Assembly (NCBI RefSeq): GCF_003334815.1
Contig: NZ_QOWO01000002.1
Direction: 5' to 3' (one strand)
From: Escherichia coli
GTDB lineage: Bacteria; Pseudomonadota; Gammaproteobacteria; Enterobacterales; Enterobacteriaceae
DNA: 64,000 bases
In this document: positions 29,609 to 39,684 of the stretch, piece by piece
Layout: the number at the start of each line of letters is the position of its first letter
Numbering within the stretch: the first letter of the stretch is position 1
Position numbers and translations under genes: made by a program
Notes under the pieces: model-generated
Told to the model about the DNA's origin: nothing
Seen by the model: only the letters and a program-made list of their open reading frames with translations
Databases searched by the model: none

Positions 29609-29960
29609 CCTTTCTCCCACAAATATCTAGACTTAAGTAAAGCGTGGAGTGTACTGGATATACCCAATGCTGGTTGAGCATTTGTTGAAAAAATTTTCCC
29701 CCGTTTTGACTAAAATGCGCCAGGATTGATGGAATCATTAGTCTGGTGATTAGGAATAATCTGGATGAATGACAGGGAAAACATGCGTAATACTTACGCA
29801 GTTCTCTGAAAAAGTGATTTAAATTTAGATGGATAGCGGTGTATGGAAACGTTCTGTTACATGAAATGGCCCGTTAGACATCACAAATCGCGAAGAGTTT
29901 CCCATTAATTTTTGATATATTTAAAACTTAGGACTTATTTGAATCACATTTGAGGTGGTT

Positions 29961-30476
29961 ATGAAAAAAATTGCATGTCTTTCAGCACTGGCCGCAGTTC
30001 TGGCTTTCACCGCAGGTACTTCCGTAGCTGCGACTTCTACTGTAACTGGCGGTTACGCACAGAGCGACGCTCAGGGCCAAATGAACAAAATGGGCGGTTT
30101 CAACCTGAAATACCGCTATGAAGAAGACAACAGCCCGCTGGGTGTGATCGGTTCTTTCACTTACACCGAGAAAAGCCGTACTGCAAGCTCTGGTGACTAC
30201 AACAAAAACCAGTACTACGGCATCACTGCTGGTCCGGCTTACCGCATTAACGACTGGGCAAGCATCTACGGTGTAGTGGGTGTGGGTTATGGTAAATTCC
30301 AGACCACTGAATACCCGACCTACAAACACGACACCAGCGACTACGGTTTCTCCTACGGTGCGGGTCTGCAGTTCAACCCGATGGAAAACGTTGCTCTGGA
30401 CTTCTCTTACGAGCAGAGCCGTATTCGTAGCGTTGACGTAGGCACCTGGATTGCCGGTGTTGGTTACCGCTTCTAA
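29961..30476 (+). CDS. ompX: Outer membrane protein X
   Basis: ORF track 173 aa; start at MKKIACLSAL (171 aa); signal peptide, C-terminal ...GVGYRF. Confidence 0.95.
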   Translation: MKKIACLSALAAVLAFTAGTSVAATSTVTGGYAQSDAQGQMNKMGGFNLKYRYEEDNSPLGVIGSFTYTEKSRTASSGDYNKNQYYGITAGPAYRINDWASIYGVVGVGYGKFQTTEYPTYKHDTSDYGFSYGAGLQFNPMENVALDFSYEQSRIRSVDVGTWIAGVGYRF

Positions 30477-30491
30477 TCACTTTGGTGATAT

Positions 30492-30526
30492 AAAAAATCC
30501 GCCTCTCGGGGCGGATTTTTGTTTTT
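30492..30526. terminator. Bidirectional intrinsic terminator between convergent ompX and opgE
   Basis: AAAAAATCCGCC-TCTCG-GGGCGGATTTTTGTTTTT: GC hairpin flanked by A-tract and T-tract. Confidence 0.85.
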
Positions 30527-32108
30527 AAGGTTTCGGGTCGAAAATATCGGTTCCGAGATGGTTGTAATCCACCTTCTGTAACTGGAAGTTGGTGATGTAT
30601 ATCGGCCCGGCTTTCTTCTCAGATATAAACGGGTATTTGATGTTAATTTCCTTCGCTTTAATCCCCGTCCACTGGGAGAAAAAGCCTAAGAAGTCATTGG
30701 CTGAGCGGCGGGCTTTAATCACACGATGCGCTTTATCGTCGCTGGAAATGACCATAAAAGGCACCTGGAAATTTTGCTGATATTTATCATCATGGGCAAG
30801 GTATTGCACGTCTTTACCGCGCTCTTTAAAGGCCAGACCGTGGTCAGAAAAGTAAACCAGCGAGAAGCTGCTGCCGCTGTTGCGTAACTGATCGTACAGC
30901 TTGCGCAGTAAATCGTCCGTTTGCGTCATGGTATAGAGATAGCACGACGTTTCTTTCGATTGCACAAAGGTTTCGTATTTTCCTTGTGTCCTGTCGCAGG
31001 CCTGCGGATGTGAGCCCATCAGATGTAGAACAATCAGCTGCGGTTGCGAGTGCTCTTGCGCCAGCACTTGAGCGGTCATATCCAGTAACGCTTCGTCTTT
31101 GGTGTTTTTATCTGCTTCAAAATTACCTTCTTTCAGGAAGTACACTTCATCTGCTCGTTTGGCGATGCTGGCGATAGCGGTATCGTATTCGCCGATTTGA
31201 CCCTGGTTGGAAAACCACCAGGTCTGGAAGCCCGCGCGATTTGCCAGGGTGACAAAGTTATCCTGAAACTGTGGTTTGCCATCGACAACGCGATTGAGCG
31301 TTAAGCCAAGCGATTTCTGCGTGGAGCCACTGGCGGCAATGTAGTCAGCAAATATCAAACCGTTAACGCTGCTGGCAAACGGGGTATTGTCCCAGTGACC
31401 GCCAAAGGCACCGAGGGCATCGCGACGCGCGCTTTCACCGATCACCACCACATAGGTCTGATACTTCGGCTTAACGGCAGTGACCGTCCAGGTATCTTTC
31501 ATTCCGGAAAGTTTTGCCATCCGTTCTTGCTCTTCAATCACCTCGTTATTATTGACGATGACATCCTTAGCAAAACGAAATACCGGATAGCCAGTATCTT
31601 TCAGTTTAAATACGCCACCCCAGGCCAGGTTTTGCACGGGAGCAACAAAAAATGTCGCCACACTGAATACCAGACACAGGCTGTCGAAGGTATTCCAGCG
31701 CGCTTTTTCATTCTCTTTTTTTCGCCTGATTGCTATTACGCCGAGCGCAAAAATAAATAAGCCGACCAGGTAGCTGTACCACGGAAAAATCGTCAGGATT
31801 TCGGTCGACTCTTCCATATTGGTGGAGTGCAATGCCAGCAATGTATTGAAATTAGGCGCGCCGTAGGCCTGAGCAAAAGGGAAATAACAAGCCGCCACCA
31901 GCGAACTGACACCGACCAGAACTTTTTGTACGCGAGGCAATGTTCGCCATAGCAAAAGCAAAATAGCCGTAAACGCAGCGGTGTAGAGCAAACTGAAGGG
32001 GTAACCTAAGCCGAGGTTAATTAATAGCGACTGTAAAAAGTAGAACGCAGTCCACGGGCTAAATACCCGGCTACGGGTAACAAGCGATTCTTTGAGGGTT
32101 AAATTCAT
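30525..32108 (-). CDS. opgE: Phosphoethanolamine transferase for osmoregulated periplasmic glucans OpgE (YbiP)
   Basis: ORF track 527 aa; N-terminal TM helices plus sulfatase-like periplasmic domain. Confidence 0.9.
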   Translation of the reverse strand: MNLTLKESLVTRSRVFSPWTAFYFLQSLLINLGLGYPFSLLYTAAFTAILLLLWRTLPRVQKVLVGVSSLVAACYFPFAQAYGAPNFNTLLALHSTNMEESTEILTIFPWYSYLVGLFIFALGVIAIRRKKENEKARWNTFDSLCLVFSVATFFVAPVQNLAWGGVFKLKDTGYPVFRFAKDVIVNNNEVIEEQERMAKLSGMKDTWTVTAVKPKYQTYVVVIGESARRDALGAFGGHWDNTPFASSVNGLIFADYIAASGSTQKSLGLTLNRVVDGKPQFQDNFVTLANRAGFQTWWFSNQGQIGEYDTAIASIAKRADEVYFLKEGNFEADKNTKDEALLDMTAQVLAQEHSQPQLIVLHLMGSHPQACDRTQGKYETFVQSKETSCYLYTMTQTDDLLRKLYDQLRNSGSSFSLVYFSDHGLAFKERGKDVQYLAHDDKYQQNFQVPFMVISSDDKAHRVIKARRSANDFLGFFSQWTGIKAKEINIKYPFISEKKAGPIYITNFQLQKVDYNHLGTDIFDPKP

Positions 32109-32379
32109 ATGCCACTATCGTAACAAACGCCATGTGCTTACCCTGGCGTCAAGGGTCAATACCTGCAAGAGTGCGTGAAGAGTGGAAAGGGGTCCGCATC
32201 CGCGAGCCGCAATATACGCAGGGCTGCAAGAAGATAGAGCGAGCCGCCGTTCAGGTCAACTACTGACGAACAAATCTTTTGCGAAGGGGATTGCAAATCC
32301 GACAAAAAGTGGGGTTTTTCAGACCAAAACGCGTTATGCCTGCATGAAAGCAGGAGTGAAGCGGCGTACCGCGACGCCG

Positions 32380-32508
32380 CTATTTATCGGAAGGTTTATC
32401 TTGCTGCGGTTTGTTGTTGACCATATCGCACAACATAGAGAGCAGCATTAACCGTACTTTAAAGGGAGAATGACTAAACACGCGCATACACCTCTTGAAC
32501 TCATTCAT
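32380..32508 (-). CDS. mntS: Small protein MntS (42 aa), manganese homeostasis; corresponds to rybA transcript
   Basis: Not in ORF track; manual reverse-strand translation gives MNEFKRCMRVFSHSPFKVRLMLLSMLCDMVNNKPQQDKPSDK*; MntR-type palindromes upstream. Confidence 0.85.
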   Translation of the reverse strand: MNEFKRCMRVFSHSPFKVRLMLLSMLCDMVNNKPQQDKPSDK

Positions 32509-32566
32509 AAGACCTCCTGACTTGCTAATCCCGTCGATCCTTGAGGGATGATTGCATTACATACAG

Positions 32567-32598
32567 ATATAGCACAGGCTATATTATATAGCTATTGC
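32567..32598 (-). promoter_or_regulatory. MntR operator(s) in mntS promoter
   Basis: ATATAGCACAGGCTATATTATATAGCTATTGC: ATAGC...GCTAT palindromes between divergent mntS and mntR. Confidence 0.65.
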
Positions 32599-32693
32599 TA
32601 AAACGTTAATTTTTTGTACCTTCGCAACTCTGGTTTACAATGTGCGCACGAAATGAGAACGCTATGTATGCGTCACCATAATGAGGAAGCACA

Positions 32694-33161
32694 ATGAGTC
32701 GTCGCGCAGGTACGCCAACAGCAAAAAAAGTGACGCAGTTAGTGAACGTGGAAGAGCACGTTGAAGGGTTCCGCCAGGTCAGAGAGGCGCATCGGCGCGA
32801 GCTTATTGATGATTACGTTGAGCTGATTTCTGACTTGATCAGGGAAGTGGGGGAAGCTCGTCAGGTGGACATGGCTGCTCGTCTGGGAGTTTCGCAACCG
32901 ACGGTGGCTAAAATGCTTAAGCGGCTGGCAACCATGGGGCTGATTGAAATGATCCCCTGGCGTGGCGTGTTTTTAACGGCAGAAGGAGAGAAGCTGGCGC
33001 AGGAAAGCCGCGAGCGACATCAGATAGTCGAAAATTTCTTGTTGGTGTTGGGCGTCAGTCCGGAAATCGCCCGTCGCGACGCGGAAGGCATGGAGCACCA
33101 TGTTAGTGAAGAGACGCTCGACGCTTTTCGTTTGTTTACCCAGAAACACGGTGCCAAATGA
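32694..33161 (+). CDS. mntR: Manganese-responsive transcriptional regulator MntR (DtxR family)
   Basis: ORF track 155 aa; stop overlaps ybiR start. Confidence 0.95.
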
Positions 33162-34276
33162 GCCTGCCTTTTTTACGCACGCTGCAAGGCGATCGTTTTT
33201 TTCAGTTATTAATTCTTGTTGGTATCGGATTAAGCTTTTTCGTGCCCTTTGCACCGAAATCCTGGCCTGCTGCTATCGACTGGCACACCATCATCACCTT
33301 AAGCGGCCTGATGCTGCTGACCAAAGGTGTGGAGTTAAGCGGTTATTTTGATGTGCTGGGGCGCAAAATGGTGCGCCGCTTTGCTACGGAGCGTCGGCTG
33401 GCGATGTTTATGGTGCTGGCGGCGGCGCTGCTTTCTACCTTTCTGACCAACGATGTCGCGCTGTTTATTGTTGTTCCGCTGACTATCACGCTAAAAAGAC
33501 TGTGTGAGATCCCGGTTAATCGGCTGATTATTTTTGAGGCGCTGGCAGTCAACGCTGGTTCGCTACTGACGCCAATTGGCAACCCGCAAAATATTCTTAT
33601 CTGGGGACGTTCTGGTCTTTCGTTTGCCGGATTTATTGCCCAAATGGCACCGCTGGCTGGCGCAATGATGCTGACGCTCCTGCTCCTGTGCTGGTGTTGT
33701 TTCCCTGGAAAGGCGATGCAATACCATACGGGGGTGCAAACACCGGAGTGGAAACCGCGGCTGGTGTGGAGTTGTCTGGGGCTGTATATCGTCTTTCTGA
33801 CGGCGCTGGAGTTCAAACAAGAGCTGTGGGGACTGGTGATTGTGGCGGCAGGCTTTGCGCTGCTGGCACGTCGCGTGGTGCTCAGTGTGGACTGGACGCT
33901 GCTGCTGGTGTTTATGGCGATGTTTATCGACGTCCATTTACTGACCCAGCTTCCAGCGTTGCAAGGCGTGTTGGGTAACGTGAGTCATCTATCTGAACCC
34001 GGGTTATGGTTAACGGCAATCGGTTTATCGCAGGTGATCAGTAACGTGCCGAGTACCATATTGTTGCTGAACTATGTGCCGCCGTCTTTATTACTGGTAT
34101 GGGCGGTAAACGTAGGTGGCTTTGGGTTATTACCCGGATCGCTGGCAAATTTGATTGCGCTACGTATGGCGAACGATCGCCGCATCTGGTGGCGTTTCCA
34201 TCTCTATTCAATACCGATGCTGTTGTGGGCGGCGTTGGTGGGATATGTTTTGTTAGTTATACTCCCGGCCAACTAG
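33158..34276 (+). CDS. ybiR: ArsB/NhaD-superfamily anion permease YbiR
   Basis: ORF track 372 aa; polytopic membrane protein; translationally coupled to mntR. Confidence 0.85.
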
Positions 34277-34287
34277 GGTCTGGCAAA

Positions 34288-34322
34288 TAAAAAAGGCGGA
34301 TTATGAGTCCGCCTTTTGCTTT
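34288..34322. terminator. Bidirectional intrinsic terminator between convergent ybiR and ldtB
   Basis: AAAAAAGGCGGA-TTATGAG-TCCGCCTTTTGCTTT. Confidence 0.85.
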
Positions 34323-34334
34323 AAGTTTTGAAGA

Positions 34335-35255
34335 TTAATTCAGACGAACCGGCATCCCGGAGCGGTTTTTAATCGCTTCATCAAGAACAACCTGATCAAC
34401 ATCTGGCTGACCGGTCACTGTCTGCACGCTCTTCGTCAGGGTAATTGGCACAATTTCCTGACCTTCAAACTGGGCTTCGGTGGTAGACAGCGGGTTATGG
34501 ACTTCAATATAACGGCTGCCGTCTGGCTCGGTGGTCGCTTTTACCGGCTCATCAATAAACTGTACGCGGGTACCGACCGGTACTTTCTCGAACAGGAATT
34601 TGATGTCTTCGTTACGCAGACGCACACAACCATGACTTACACGCAGGCCGATACCGAAGTTGGCGTTGGTGCCATGGATAGCATACAGGCGACCGATATA
34701 GAGTGCATACAGCCCCATCGGGTTATCCGGACCTGCCGGAACGACAGCCGGAAGCGGTTCGCCCGCAGCGCGGTACTCTGCGTGCATTTTGGCGGTCGGC
34801 GTCCAGGTCGGGCCTGCTTTTTTACGCTCAACTTTGGTGGTCCAGTTGATAGGCGTATCTTTGCCTAACTGACCAATGCCGATCGGCAGCACGATAACGG
34901 TGTTGGTCCCTTTCGGATAGTAATAAAGACGCATCTCAGCACTGTTAATGACGATGCCTTCATGAACGGTATCCGGCAGGATCAGCTGCTGCGGAATGTT
35001 CAGTACAGTACCGCCTTTCGGCAGGAAGGTATCCACACCCGGGTTCGCTTCCATCATATTGGAAAGCCCCATCTGGTACTCGGCGGCAAAATACTCCAGC
35101 GGCTGAGTGTTACCTTCAGGAATGGTGATCACCTGATTCTGACCAACCAGGCGACTCCCGTCGGTTGGCAGAGGATAAGTTACCGCAGAGGCGGTACTGC
35201 AAAAGCCGACAACAGCGAAGGCCGCTGCGAATAATGTTTTCAATTTCATATTCAT
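34335..35255 (-). CDS. ldtB: L,D-transpeptidase LdtB (YbiS), links Lpp to peptidoglycan
   Basis: ORF track 306 aa; signal peptide; YkuD catalytic motif (SHGCVRL). Confidence 0.9.
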
Positions 35256-35473
35256 GTTAAGCGAGATTTTGTGCCTGGCAGGCCATTGGGTTGAGAATAT
35301 TAGAGTATTGGAAGCGCATTATAAGTTCATTCCAGCTCACAGTGAAATCAGATGTGTACGAAATCACATTTTTTGCCTTTGGCTTGAGTGTAGACCTTAA
35401 GCGAGGAGCAGGATCTTCTTTCAGACTTATGGCATAATGCGCGGTTTGTCATATCTCTTTTCAGGATACGCCT

Positions 35474-37066
35474 GTGTTAGTTTCCAGTAACGTCACCATG
35501 CAGTTCGGCAGTAAGCCGTTGTTTGAAAACATTTCCGTCAAATTTGGCGGCGGCAACCGTTACGGCCTGATTGGCGCGAACGGTAGTGGTAAATCCACCT
35601 TTATGAAGATCCTCGGCGGCGACCTTGAGCCGACGCTGGGTAACGTTTCCCTCGATCCCAACGAGCGCATTGGTAAACTGCGTCAGGATCAGTTTGCCTT
35701 TGAAGAGTTCACTGTGCTGGATACGGTGATCATGGGGCATAAAGAGTTGTGGGAAGTGAAGCAGGAGCGCGACCGCATCTATGCTTTGCCGGAAATGAGT
35801 GAAGAAGACGGCTATAAAGTGGCCGATCTGGAAGTTAAATACGGCGAAATGGACGGTTACTCTGCGGAAGCTCGCGCCGGTGAACTGTTGCTTGGCGTGG
35901 GAATTCCAGTGGAACAGCACTACGGCCCGATGAGTGAAGTTGCTCCTGGCTGGAAGCTGCGTGTGCTTCTGGCGCAGGCGCTGTTTGCTGATCCGGATAT
36001 TCTCCTGCTCGACGAACCGACCAACAACCTCGACATCGACACCATTCGCTGGCTGGAACAGGTGCTGAACGAGCGTGACAGCACCATGATCATCATCTCG
36101 CACGACCGTCACTTCCTTAACATGGTCTGTACCCACATGGCGGATCTGGATTACGGCGAGCTGCGCGTTTATCCGGGTAACTACGATGAGTACATGACGG
36201 CGGCGACCCAGGCGCGTGAACGTCTGCTGGCCGATAACGCCAAGAAGAAAGCGCAGATTGCTGAGTTGCAATCTTTCGTTAGCCGCTTTAGCGCCAACGC
36301 CTCGAAATCTCGCCAGGCAACTTCGCGCGCGCGCCAGATTGATAAAATCAAACTGGAAGAGGTGAAAGCCTCCAGCCGTCAGAACCCGTTCATCCGTTTT
36401 GAACAGGATAAGAAACTGTTCCGTAACGCGCTGGAAGTGGAAGGTCTGACCAAAGGGTTTGATAACGGTCCGCTGTTTAAAAATCTCAACCTGCTGCTGG
36501 AAGTGGGTGAAAAACTGGCGGTACTGGGTACCAACGGCGTCGGTAAATCAACGCTGCTGAAAACGCTGGTGGGCGATCTGCAACCGGACAGCGGCACCGT
36601 AAAATGGTCTGAGAACGCGCGCATTGGTTACTATGCTCAGGACCACGAATATGAGTTTGAAAATGATCTGACCGTGTTCGAATGGATGAGCCAGTGGAAG
36701 CAGGAAGGCGATGACGAGCAGGCGGTACGCAGTATTCTCGGTCGTTTGCTGTTCAGCCAGGACGACATCAAAAAGCCAGCTAAAGTGCTTTCCGGTGGGG
36801 AAAAAGGGCGGATGCTGTTTGGTAAGTTAATGATGCAGAAGCCGAACATTCTGATCATGGACGAACCGACCAACCACCTGGATATGGAATCCATTGAGTC
36901 GCTGAACATGGCACTGGAACTGTATCAGGGCACGCTGATCTTTGTTTCACACGACCGTGAGTTCGTAAGCTCCCTGGCGACCCGCATTCTGGAAATCACC
37001 CCGGAACGCGTGATCGACTTTAGCGGTAATTACGAAGATTACCTGCGTAGTAAAGGGATCGAGTAA
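35474..37066 (+). CDS. ybiT: ABC-F family ATPase YbiT (two NBDs, no TM domain)
   Basis: ORF track 530 aa, GTG start; Walker A twice ([18 protein letters not shown]), two signature motifs, inter-domain linker. Confidence 0.9.
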
Positions 37067-37126
37067 GTGATTATCCGTCACCCCGATACTGTCGGGGTGA
37101 CGGCGGCTGATGACAAATGCAAAATA

Positions 37127-37227
37127 GCCTGATGCGCTACGCTTATCAGGCCTACGCAGTACCTGCAATATATTGAATCTGCAGGACTTTGTAGGCCGGA
37201 TAAGGCGTTAACGCCGCATCAGGCATT
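37127..37227. repeat. RIP/BIME-type element downstream of ybiT (direct-repeat partner of 11800-11900)
   Basis: Same REP-IHF-REP arrangement, same orientation as the rhlE copy. Confidence 0.8.
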
Positions 37228-37306
37228 AACAAAGCGCATTTGTCAGCAATCTGAGTAACGTCGAATCGATTTTCTTAATCCCACATCAATTCACTTCCAT
37301 TAATTC

Positions 37307-38572
37307 TCAAACATCCATGCCCAACGCTCGCTTACCGTGAATGTTGAGGTCGGCAAGCGTAAAGCGTCCTTCCCAGTTTGTTTCATAGTCCTCGCGCGGG
37401 AAGTCGCCCGGCGATGCGCCTTTTTCCAGTGCGGCCTTCACCTTGTGCGCGTAGGCAAGATTTTTCTCGCACATCGGTGCCGCAGGAATGTACATCACGT
37501 TGCCCCAACCTTGTTGATTTTCAACGGGGGCAACGGAATGGATGACGTCGCAGTGCCACCAGACGGAGTCTCCGGCTTCGAGTTTTGGAATGCTGGTTAA
37601 CGCCTCAATCAACAGTGGATGCCATTGCTCTGATACCGGCAATACTCTTCCGGGCGCTACGCCGCACAGTTCATCCTCCGGCACATCATCAAGCAGCGGA
37701 CGTAACAGTACGTACGCCATAGCTTCAGGAATGGGCACGACGTGCAGCAGCCCCTGACCAGGCAGCATATCAGAGAGCGCTGTCCAGCCCTGGAATGTCC
37801 GAAACACGGAACATTTGGTGGTGTTGTCCACCGTGTACTCTTCAACTTCCGTACGATGTGCCGCATGCCAGGGATCATATTGCGCCAGATTGCCATTAAA
37901 GACGTTGGCGAAAACGCGCTGATACGCTGGAAGCAGCCAGCGTTCCAGTGCCCCGGAGTCGGTATGCGCTCCAAGACCTTTGGAGGTCGTTCCGGGCGGA
38001 CGGCGGCGGATACGGTCAGGGTAGATGACGCTCACATCCGGGTTAAACCATTGCTTTCCATCACTTTCAAATGTCCACAGACGATTGAGAAACGACTGCG
38101 CATTCGCCATTTCTTCACTCTGGCGGGCCTGCATTTGCGCCTGCGACCAGTAGATGGGGTAAATCTCGGGACGTGAAGCGCTGAGCGTCCCGAAGAAATT
38201 ATCGCCGGGGCCTTTGTAGACCTCGTCAAAGCGGTTGCGGTCCAGATAGTCCAGCATCGACTGATCCCAGCCTAGCGCTTGTTCGCGGGGGAAATGGCCT
38301 TTTATCACCGCACAACCGCGACGTTTAATCTGTTCGCGCTGCTCTGCAGTAACATGACCTGCTTTGATATCGGCATAAGACAGCACCGGCCAGACGGCAT
38401 CGCCCTGTGCTTTGAGTGCGTTGATTTCAGCCACTCGCGTGGCAATGTCATCGCTTAGCTGATTAAAGATCTGCTGGACGTCGCCAAGCTGCGCCCGCAG
38501 CGCGTGCTTCATCTGACGGATAGCTGCTTTGTGATCGGCAGGCAATGTGTCGCTGGTAAAAGTAGAAGCCAT
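37307..38572 (-). CDS. ybiU: DUF1479 protein YbiU (possible Fe(II)/2OG-oxygenase-like fold)
   Basis: ORF track 423 aa; start trimmed to MASTFTSD (421 aa); HxD motif (GAHTDSG). Confidence 0.8.
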   Translation of the reverse strand: MASTFTSDTLPADHKAAIRQMKHALRAQLGDVQQIFNQLSDDIATRVAEINALKAQGDAVWPVLSYADIKAGHVTAEQREQIKRRGCAVIKGHFPREQALGWDQSMLDYLDRNRFDEVYKGPGDNFFGTLSASRPEIYPIYWSQAQMQARQSEEMANAQSFLNRLWTFESDGKQWFNPDVSVIYPDRIRRRPPGTTSKGLGAHTDSGALERWLLPAYQRVFANVFNGNLAQYDPWHAAHRTEVEEYTVDNTTKCSVFRTFQGWTALSDMLPGQGLLHVVPIPEAMAYVLLRPLLDDVPEDELCGVAPGRVLPVSEQWHPLLIEALTSIPKLEAGDSVWWHCDVIHSVAPVENQQGWGNVMYIPAAPMCEKNLAYAHKVKAALEKGASPGDFPREDYETNWEGRFTLADLNIHGKRALGMDV

Positions 38573-38723
38573 AACCACCTCTCATTAACTTTCATTCGAA
38601 ACCATTCTGATTTGCATGTGACAATATAAGTTATAAATAAGTTAATGCAAGTTTAATGATTTGATGTGATGTACAGGATGTAAAAAGAAGGGAAAACCGG
38701 AGCGCACGGCTCCGGTAGAGAGG

Positions 38724-39539
38724 TCAGCTGTTAAAAGGGGATGTGTTATCCAGCACCGCCTGAATCACATTCAGCGCGCCTTCATGATTATTATCATCGG
38801 TAGCGTAACGGGCGATTTGTTTAATGTTTTCCGCAGCATTGCCCATCGCAAAGGAATAACGCGCCATTTTCAGCATCTCCGCATCGTTACCGCTGTCGCC
38901 AATCGCTACCACATTTTGCGGTGACAGATCCCAGCGTTTCAGTAACCGCGAAATACCGTTTGCTTTATGTAGACCGGGAATAATCAGGTCGATAAAGCCA
39001 AAACCACTGGTAACGGGTTTCATAATGCCATCGAGCGCTACGTGCAGTTTGTCGATCACTAACGGGATTTGTTCATCCGGCAGGTTGAGCGAAAACTTGA
39101 ACAGTACGTCGTCAATCTCCTGATAATCTTTTACAGGTTTCAGGCGATGGTAGTGTTTTGCCATCAGTGCGACAAATGCTTCGGGGGCATTTTCGCTGAC
39201 ATATGCACTTTGCAGACCGCAGGCGACAAAATTGAGTTGCTTATCTTTTAGCAACTCGCCAATAACAATCCGCGATTCATGTCGGGTCAGTTCGCCGTGG
39301 AACAACTGCTTGCCATGTTCGTAAACCAGTGCGCCGTTTTCCGCGACAAAAGAGATCTCATCCTTTAGCTCAGGAAAGAATGAAATAAGCTGGTAATACT
39401 GATTACCGCTGGCAACAACGAACTTAATGCCGCGCTTTTTCAGTTCCTGATATTGCGCCATAAAACGTGGTTGGTTGTACGTTTTGGCGTCGTTAAGAAA
39501 AGTACCGTCCATGTCTGTGACGATAACTTTTACGCTCAT
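38724..39539 (-). CDS. ybiV: HAD-superfamily (Cof-type) sugar phosphatase YbiV
   Basis: ORF track 271 aa; HAD motif I (VTDMDGTFL), C-terminal GDSGND. Confidence 0.9.
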
Positions 39540-39684
39540 AGGTGTGCTCCTGGCTCGAAAATGAAACCGTAACAGTGTAATAACAATGTGACGCAGAGCA
39601 CAAATTATATTTCGAATGAAAGTAAGGATGAAATTGATGATGTGAATGATTTAGCCCGGCGACGACGCCGCCGGGCCGAGGAGA

